A stretch of 18,987 nt of DNA from Ginkgo biloba (Eukaryota; Plantae; Ginkgophyta): the NCBI GenBank assembly GCA_024626585.2, contig JANKJI020000002.1:213945426-213964412 (forward strand), given 5' to 3'. The stretch's first letter is position 1. The number at the start of each line of letters is the position of its first letter. The notes below the pieces were generated by a model that had not been told where the DNA came from, did not search any database, and saw only the letters and a list, made by a program, of their open reading frames with translations. Both the position numbers and the translations under genes were made by a program. This document shows, piece after piece, positions 10,961 to 18,987 of the stretch.

Positions 10961-11560
10961 TGAGACATTGAAATTCTTTAAACAAAGGAAACCATAGAGT
11001 ACTTGAAATGGAAACTACCACACTAACTCAGGATCCTTGAGGTGAATTTTTTATTTAGATTTTAAGCTGGCCAGACTTGAGGCTCAAACACATGCCCCAA
11101 GCTTATTCAGCTCCCATGTTTTAACATGGCTTGGAGGATACACGCCAACCATTGACCAAAGTCCATGGTCCCAGTGATCTGAGGAATTCTCCAAAGGTGT
11201 GAATGATGTATCTATACAGCCTGGCCATCGACATAGCTAGAGTGTCTCATTTAGCATCATGGACCATGACTCCTTAATGTTAAATGTTGTACTCTGCTTG
11301 GTGATTCCCAAGCTGTTGCCATTCCTGCCACAGTAGCGCCCTTTATCCCAAGCACCACATGACTTGTTGAAAGGCTGGCAGCGCCCTTACAGGTGTTGGC
11401 TCCAATACTCAAGGTGAAGGCAGAGGTTCTCCTCATTGGGTACAACCAACCAAAGCATTACAGCTTATGTTCTGTGTATGTGGAAATGGTAGGACTCCAC
11501 GGGAACTAAATTGATCGCTCCAGTTGGCAAGAACCAACTACTAAACCATCAGAAGCAGGC

Positions 11561-11908
11561 TCTTACAACCACGATGACCACCCAAGGTCACGATCACCTA
11601 ATGGTCGCAGCCATGGGAAAAGCCATAGGGAAGGAAACCATGAGGATGATCATCATGAGGTTAAAAGTGAGAAGCGTAGGGAGCCTAATGAGAAGCATCA
11701 CCAAGAGCGCACACCAGTGGCACCATCTACAACACTTGTAGTGAATGGATCATCACAAAAAATAATTGAGGATGATTCATACTACGCGTTGGTTGAATGG
11801 GGTCCTCTACATCATGTACGAGTCATCAAGGAGAGGAATTCAAGCATCATCTCACGTGGATTTGTTTTTGTTGATTTCCCATCTGTAGAAGCAGCCTGCA
11901 AAATGTTG
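11561..11908 (+). pseudogene. SUA: Intronless fragment of SUPPRESSOR OF ABI3-5 (RBM5/RBM10-like splicing factor): RS/His-rich region plus most of RRM1
   Basis: The frame is open from 11510 and reads HDDHPRSRSPNGRSHGKSHRE...VAPSTTLVVNGSSQKIIEDDSYYALVEWGPLHHVRVIKERNSSIISRGFVFVDFPSVEAACKML. This matches my recollection of plant SUA (RSRSPRGRSHGRS...PSATVVVKGLS...EEDLYQILAEWGPLHHVRVI.E.NSGISRGFAFIDFP.V.AAR.MM). It carries L>S changes and a one-codon insertion, and ends mid-RRM. Confidence 0.85.
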
Positions 11909-11914
11909 AAAAGA

Positions 11915-12290
11915 AGAGATGGAGAGACGATAGACGAGGACAACGACACCAATTGGGACACTATAGAATGGCACAACACTTTAAAGAACCCATGTGTCCT
12001 CTTGCGTGGAACAACAGTGAGGATACGTGATGTTAAAGAATGCAAACAATTGAAGGAAATCGATGCTAACAGGCAATTATACTTTCTGTGTCTGGCACAC
12101 TCCTTGTTCAAACAGTATATGCGAAGACCTAGCAATTTGTATTGTTATGAAGTGCCATTTAATAAAACGAGGAATTTGTTTATGAATAGTGACTATGAAT
12201 AAAATGAGGAATTTGTTTATGAATAGTGACTATGTACCCAAACAACACATCTTCCGAGTGATAGAAATGGAGTTGAGCTTTATATTTGAT
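11915..12290 (+). pseudogene. Fragment of a plant DUF4220 (DUF4220/DUF594) family gene, fused in frame downstream of the SUA fragment
   Basis: LYFLCLAHSLFKQYMRR...YEVPFNKTRNLF...HIFRVIEMELSFIFDV matches the recalled DUF4220 signature LKDLCLSFALFKLLRRRF...E...KT...AFRVIEVELSFLYDFFY. Split between ORFs 11717..12202 and 12189..12461 by a 37-bp duplication. Confidence 0.75.
12161..12234 (+). repeat. 37-bp tandem duplication causing a frameshift
   Basis: aataaaa[c/t]gaggaatttgtttatgaatagtgactatg occurs at 12161-12197 and 12198-12234 with one mismatch at a CpG. Confidence 0.95.
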
Positions 12291-12441
12291 GTCACAGATC
12301 CGACCTTATGCCTACAATCTTTGGTTAGTATNNNNNNNNNNNNNNNNNNNNNNNNNNNNNNNNNNNNNNNNNNNNNNNNNNNNNNNNNNNNNNNNNNNNN
12401 NNNNNNNNNNNNNNNNNNNNNNNNNNNNNNNCTGTTGACAG

Positions 12442-12532
12442 GCATAATGGAAATAAGATAATGTCTTTCCAACATTTGTCTTCACGTGAAAGAGGACGGA
12501 ATGGATCATCTATTCAATCTCACAACATTAAG
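12442..12532 (+). CDS. Putative internal coding exon of an unidentified host gene
   Basis: Acceptor ttgacAG|, donor AAG|GTacag, followed by T-rich intron-like sequence. The 91 nt are open as (x)HNGNKIMSFQHLSSRERGRNGSSIQSHNIK. No homology recognised. Confidence 0.4.
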
Positions 12533-13406
12533 GTACAGTGTACTACTCCTGATTGTTTTCTTGTATTCTGCTTCTGGAATTTCTCGTCTCACTGACCAAT
12601 CTAGCTTTTTTTGCAAATGAAATGATTGACTTTCCCAAAAAAATACAACAGCAATCTCTTTGTTACTNNNNNNNNNNNNNNNNNNNNNNNNNNNNNNNNN
12701 NNNNNNNNNNNNNNNNNNNNNNNNNNNNNNNNNNNNNNNNNNNNNNNNNNNNNNNNNNNNNNNNNNNNNNNNCATAGCACATGGTCTAAACTAGGGCCTC
12801 TGTCGTAGTAAAATATTGATTCTAGCCTCTGGCAACACAAATAGCAGATTAGTGTTCTGGAGCAATATCCACTTTGTTGTTGGTTTGTGCCTTGATTGGA
12901 AAAGATCAGTATGATAATAACTATATTGCAGATATTTTTGAGCCAATAGAAATAAGGTAGTCAAGAATGTAGTTGGAGGCACTTGCATGTAATTTATTAA
13001 TTAGCTAATCTATTTAGTCTATTACACAAGGAAGGAAGGGATATGTTCCATGAATGGATGCAACTCTAAACCCTCCTTCAACATTTATTCTAGAACTCTG
13101 TATTATGAGCTCACTATTTGGTCGACCAACCAACCAATATCCTTCTTTGTTTCCAAATTCATTAATGTTGCTATTTAACCGAGTTGATTCATATCCAAGG
13201 CGAACATTGACCTCCCTATCCAGTTGATGTAACTAGATCCGTTTGTATGCATTATAGTGGTGTCATAGTTTCTAAACTGATTCTAAGAACATTCAACAGA
13301 TTGCAGTAAGGAAGAAAAATCCTTCTGACATGCCTTCAAGGACCTAAGCATAATTCTGCTACTAAATTCAATCAAAAAACAAAAAAATGAGAAAGAAGGG
13401 GACAAA

Positions 13407-13432
13407 ATATATATATATATATATATATATAT
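13407..13432. repeat. (AT)13 microsatellite
   Basis: Direct read of the sequence. Confidence 0.97.
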
Positions 13433-13736
13433 CTTCCAAGACCTTCTACCTATCTTGACTACAAGAACTTGCCTTGCGTGCTACCCACATCCCTAAGTAT
13501 TTGTTGGAGGAGACCAAATATTTCAGGAAAGAGTCAAAGCATCAATACACCATGGAGGTACTTTACATTTGATAACTCCATATTGTATTAAGAATGTTTC
13601 TACCTGAACATTCAATTTTTCTCTGGTTTTGTGCTGTCTTGTAAAACATAGGCTCCATAGCAAGCACTTTTCATTCAACATATAGTCCTGCTGAGTCCTT
13701 TACATGTATTATATACTCATCTATGTTTCATTTCAG

Positions 13737-14014
13737 GATGGCGGCGAATTCTCAAGGAGAGGATGCACTAAACTTAAGATTTGATGACATTTCCCAGTAG
13801 CTGTAATCTGGAATCCCAACGTTTTGGAGTTTCAGGAATACTGGCGAGGCATGTGAAAAATGCACTATGATTTGCGCATGCTGAGGATTGAAGTGATTGG
13901 AGTAGAGTTTATCAACTGCACGTGATGCATAACACGTCATTGCCACAAGCTGATAATTGTTCAATTCAGAGCTGAACATTTCAATGCTATGTGATCTTGG
14001 GGTTTAAAATGGAG
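13737..14014 (+). other. Putative exon (last coding exon plus 3' UTR, or a uORF-bearing exon)
   Basis: Acceptor tgtttcatttcAG|G and donor GAG|GTatgc, with higher GC than the flanks. Phase 0 reads DGGEFSRRGCTKLKI* (TGA 13782-13784). The alternative ATG at 13738 reads MAANSQGEDALNLRFDDISQ*. Confidence 0.45.
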
Positions 14015-14970
14015 GTATGCAAATCCTAAAGTCAGAATATTGATAGAAACAGAATACTGATGATCAAAAGTAATTAGCCTTATCTTCTAACATGTAGTTA
14101 CATTGATGAGAAAAATTCAAAATTTCTCTGATGCCTTTAAGGCTTGGAGTTCGGAGTACTGACAGAAATGCTGATGTAAATCTTGGAATTAATCTTGCTT
14201 AAACTAATAATGTGTAGTTTATAAACTGATTTGTATAGACAGAAAACATCTGCAAGACTTCTGGCAACACCCTAAATGAAGCAAGGAGGCTCTCATTCTA
14301 CCGTGAAAGTAAAAATAAATGCACTTCCAAGTTTCGTTATCATTATTTTATGCTGTATTTTTCTCCTCTTCCAGATGATTTCTGTTTTTATGAAAATGAG
14401 GGAAAATGGAGAAGGAAGAATGCAATTTATAAATGGATAACAAGCTTTGTGAATGCCACTATAATGAGTCTACTTGGAAATTCATGCTAAGTTGACAAGT
14501 ATCCTTCTTAAGAAACATAATCACAACTCTTTCCTTGCCATTAATTCTCTCCATATGTAAAGAAACTCCATAAGACTCCATAAAAATCTCTCCAAAATAT
14601 CAAATCTTTTTCTAATAATTAAAAATTCTCTTGCAACAATGCTCTCCCACATAATGTAAAATACACTCATCATACATGAAAAATCACCATAAAAACCTCT
14701 CATAATTTCAAAGTTCCCATCCAAAATTACTCAATAAAAATGCACATAACTCTCCCCAAAATCTAAAAAATGTAATAAAAAACTTCTCTCAATTCCATGC
14801 AAAACCCCCCAAAACTCCTCATTAACTCAAAACCCCCTCGTTTTTCTTTCCCCAATTTTTTTTTTACCTTTTTTACACACACATAATGGAATACACCTAA
14901 ACCCCATGCAAAAATTCATCTCTATGCTTCCCCCTTCAAAATATCACTCTTACACATGTTCCTAGGGGTA

Positions 14971-15034
14971 TCACACATGTGGGAGGAGGTGTAACCAAGG
15001 GAGGGTGAAACCTCCTCCCATCCCACATGTGTGA
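14971..15034. repeat. Inverted repeat / hairpin with 20-bp arms
   Basis: tcacacatgtgggaggaggt (14971-14990) pairs with acctcctccca[tccca]catgtgtga (15010-15034), with one 5-nt bulge and a 19-nt loop. Confidence 0.9.
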
Positions 15035-15541
15035 CAACACTTAACCATAATTACAAGTTCTTATAAGTTAAAATCACATTATTACATGTACTAAGGGAAT
15101 CCTAGTCAACATCAACATGTAAAATCAAAATAAAAACACCTCCATGTGGAGGCCACATCATCTGCAACCCAGGTGATCCAAGTAGGGGGTTGGACCCCAT
15201 GCAACATCTAGAAACAAAGTGGGGATTACATGTCCTCAATGAAATAACCCAAGATATTTGATACCAAGCATCACATCATGCTCTACTACAAATATCTGTA
15301 AATAAAAGAGGGTGAGTGAAGGGGATGAAAGNNNNNNNNNNNNNNNNNNNNNNNNNNNNNNNNNNNNNNNNNNNNNNNNNNNNNNNNNNNNNNNNNNNNN
15401 NNNNNNNNNNNNNNNNNNNNNNNNNNNNNNNGCCTGAAAAAATTTCTTGCATATATTATATCTTGCCTATGGATGTGGGGTCACATGAGGAAGTTTCACG
15501 AGGAAACAAATGGTCCTGGTGTCTGCATTTGAATCTAAAGG

Positions 15542-15700
15542 GTAATTAATATTATTCAATCTTTCGATTATGATATGGATATTCTCATTATGGTTTTTCT
15601 TCGGAAGTCAGTTTGCATGGAATAATTTTGTCTATGGTGGAGATGAAAGTTAAATTACTCACTTCTAGTTCTGTTGTTAAAGCATGTGGGTTCTTTGCAG
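15542..15700 (+). other. Putative GT-AG intron (159 nt)
   Basis: aaagG|GTaatt ... T-rich body ... ttctttgcAG|. Confidence 0.35.
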
Positions 15701-16716
15701 TTCAACCCTTCGAAAGCATCAGATTGAGATTCATGTTGGGGTTTAATTCAAGTCAAAGTTTGTAAAAGATAAGAAGCTTCAGTTTAAGCTTGTTTTGTTC
15801 AAATATTTTGTCACCGCATTTGAGTTTTAATGCTATCTAAAGTGAAATGGAACCAACTCTGTTTTGGAGCAAGTCCATATTATCTGCATTGTTTCATAAG
15901 GGGAATCAGGGTTTGCATTGGCTCTCTTCTGAATGAGATGTTATGTTGTAGTGACTAAGTCAATTATGGATGAGTGTAAGGTGCTCTAGATTGTCAAGCA
16001 TGTGTTTGATCTATAAATGCTAAGGTTGTAGGGGAAGTTGTATCAATTGAGAGGTGTCCCCATGTGCAAGCATTATATCATTCTCGCAAAAGGTTGACCA
16101 AGAGGATCATTCACGAGTTGGCTTTTTGGTTTTGGGGCTATGTATACACTTCCCTAAGGGACTCCTTAGTGGACATCAGATTAAAATATCGAAACAATTT
16201 TGGATTAGGCCTATGGGTTAGGTCTTACATACAAGACAAGTTGTTTCATGTTGGACCATCTCAAAGAGGGCACACTTCACCTTTGCATTCTTATTCACTA
16301 TGGGGAACAATATTGTTGGAGTCAATGGAATGTTTATTATTGAACCAACCTTTGTGCTGGAATCTTCACTTTAGGTATTTGGTATATTGGTTTTGTCATC
16401 TATAGATGCATTATTTTGAAGAGGCCTACACTCAAAATCTTGCACAATACAAACATCAATAAGCAACGTTAGGAGATTAGCTCACAAACAAATATTTAAC
16501 CCCTAGACAACTAGAATTCTCAATGTTAGCTCTAAGATTGATGGCACATAGTAGATACATCATATTTGTTATTGCCTGTGGGATGACCCACACACATTTG
16601 TGTACATGGTTATAGCCAAAACGTATAATCTTACGGGTCCCTTTTCATACAAGCTTAACTACTTAGCATCCAATTCACTTTCACAATAGATTTAACTCCT
16701 TACAACTACCTCCATT

Positions 16717-16786
16717 CAAATTCATCAAGTATGCATATGAAAACCCCAATCAAAACCCCAAATCCATCAAGTATGCATATGAAAAC
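16717..16786 (+). repeat. 28-bp direct repeat, period 42
   Basis: caaat[t/c]catcaagtatgcatatgaaaac at 16717-16744 and 16759-16786. Confidence 0.9.
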
Positions 16787-18574
16787 AACAATAATAAAAG
16801 GCATATTTAACAATATCAAATACAATAAAGAGGGTTAGAAATATGAATTATCAATGTTGAGCTCATCCCCTTCCAATCATGGTTTAATGGCTACAATATA
16901 CCCTATTTAACACATATCAATAGTTTGATTTGCTAAAACAACACCACAAAAGGGTCAACTTTCTGGAGTCTCTATAGAAGTGGTCAAGAAGCAATTGATC
17001 TTTAAATGCAAAATGTAACTAATTGCTACTTGGGCCTATAAATTATTATAAATAATTCAACATAATATTACACATTTTTTAGGGTTGTCTAATTTTTTGT
17101 CATAAGATCTCACGTGTGCATAATAAAACGAGTTTTGCAAAACATATGCAACTATTGTATATGCTATACCTACAGTTGCTTTGATCGTGCAACCTCCCAA
17201 ATCCATATGCCATTAGATGTGCTCACCAACAACCTCACCTGTGCATGCACTCGATGAATGATTCCTTATAAAAAGCTAATCATGTATGAAACCTTGTGTT
17301 AGGATTTTTGTTAAATAGATGAAAAAATTAATGGTTCATTAATGTGTAGTCTTTAAGTGCGGTCCATTTGTTGTACTTAGTAAATAAACCAAATACAGGT
17401 TCTAGTTGGTAGTGTAACAAATTGTATTTTTTTAAAAGTATTATGTAATCACATAAAGCATCATGCCAAGATATTACTCATAGTCATTTGAAGAGTGCAA
17501 GCTTTCACATGCAATTAATCCATCTATGAGAGGGCAAGTTGAAAATAGCATAGCCATCTAAAAGGGTTATACACAATCACAATGAAGAGTGTAATATGCA
17601 TAGTCTCCCTAAGGTCTACAAATAAATGTGCCAAACCATGAGACGAAATCCTAACCAAATTCTAGCTCTAAGAGATAAATGACAATCCTAAACATGAGTA
17701 ATTGATTTTGAGGCATTATTACCATCCAATTTAGACCATAAAATGGCATGCATCTATATGTCATAAAGTTGGGGATCATGCCCCAAGTGAACTACTCATG
17801 CTGCAATACATCGCTTATCATCTTGAGACATTGTGTCTCTCCATCGTACTTTATCAATTTATCAAATCAAACATTAGCTTTGAAAAACCTCTTTTTTTAT
17901 CTTAGAGGTTAAATTCTTGAAGCAAAACATGATCAACTTGTAGACGTGTTGAAAAAGTGAGTTCATTAGCAAAAAATAGGGTGATTGCAAAAGACGCCAT
18001 AAATTGTAGTGTTGAACATAGGAGCAACAACTTTGAGCAAGGGTGATTTGGGTCAAGTGATGTTTGATTGAGCTTGAACCTTTTTCATTAATTGGGCCTT
18101 TGATATATGATAAATGATATTATCAACTTTGGATAGATATGTAAATTAATTTTTTGTGTTCAGTCTTGTTGAAATTTCTAAAAATTTGGGAACCAACTAT
18201 AAATATGTAGAAGACAATGACTTGGGTTAAATGGCGCATGATTAAATTTGGTCTAGTGCCATTAAATACTCTATCTTAACACTTCAGGGAAGGTATGATA
18301 CTTGGTATTTTGGACTCCTTAACTAAATTGAAAGGCCATATTTTGCGAGTTGTGCAATAACTAAAATTCTACACATTTGGTTGTAAAAAGTGCAATTCAT
18401 TATGCTAAAATATATCTTGAAGGCCAATTTGCTTGGGTTAAATAACCTCCAATTGATCTTTGATCTATTACATTAGATATGCCTTTGAAAGAGGATTTAA
18501 AAAATATATAATGTTTGATATTTTGGACACCAAATGGAGTTGAAAGCTTAAATTTCCAACTTGTGTTCTTTTAG

Positions 18575-18740
18575 GAAGTAGAAGTGGAGTAGAAGCAATG
18601 CAACATATTGAAGCAAAATGACTTGCAGAAAATAAAAGGAAATTTCATTGACTTAGACAAAAGGCTCAATTTGAGGTTGGAGAAGTTCAACAAACACTAG
18701 AATTGTCGAATCAATCAAGATAAGGTTGGAAGCCTGATTG
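18575..18740 (+). pseudogene. Decayed exon-like segment, possibly from a DNA transposon gene
   Basis: Purine-rich 166 nt between acceptor ttctttTAG| and donor TTG|GTAAGC. One frame reads SRSGVEAMQHIEAK*LAENKRKFH*LRQKAQFE, with TGA stops where CGA (Arg) would fit. Confidence 0.3.
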
Positions 18741-18854
18741 GTAAGCATTCTTGTTACTTTTAAGGTCATTATGAGGTGAATTAAACACTATAATTGCAAA
18801 ATGCATTTTTTTTTGTGAATACAAATCAACCATAAATAAATGTCAATTGTTACT

Positions 18855-18985
18855 TAAGATATGGTGGATAAAATGATTGAATGCAAATGTTGTTGAATGG
18901 TTGGATGCTTTTTATTATGCATGATCATTATTAATATGAACCATCTCATAAGATATGGTGGATTGAATGATCGAATGCAAAGGTT
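18855..18985 (+). repeat. 37-bp direct repeat, period 94 (may continue beyond the window)
   Basis: taagatatggtggataaaatgattgaatgcaaatgtt (18855-18891) versus taagatatggtggattgaatgatcgaatgcaaaggtt (18949-18985), 4 mismatches. Confidence 0.85.
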
Positions 18986-18987
18986 TC

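Noticed and set aside
16064-16405. 113-aa ORF, possibly a LINE C-terminal zinc-finger remnant
   Set aside because: Only a vague C..E..HL pattern in another frame; not enough to call.

Overview
Eukaryotic, almost certainly land-plant, nuclear DNA from a fragmented scaffold. It has 13 N-runs, seven of exactly 100 N, so adjacency across those gaps is unverified. Bases 1-10.2 kb are decayed Ty3/Gypsy (probably chromovirus-type) retrotransposon sequence: a minus-strand integrase, two diverged copies of an LTR-like repeat, and two paralogous broken gag-protease-RT(-RNaseH) regions. An L1-type LINE ORF2 remnant follows at about 10.4-11.0 kb (minus strand). The most interesting object is at 11.5-12.3 kb: an intronless frame that fuses an RS-rich + RRM1 fragment of the splicing factor SUA (RBM5/10-like) in frame to a DUF4220-family fragment, later frameshifted by a 37-bp tandem duplication. 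From 12.4 to 15.9 kb there are several well-formed plus-strand splice sites suggesting the 3' end of an unidentified host transcript. The rest is AT-rich repeat-derived DNA. I found no intact gene, RNA gene, CRISPR array or prokaryotic system. All family assignments come from manual translation and recalled motifs, not database searches.
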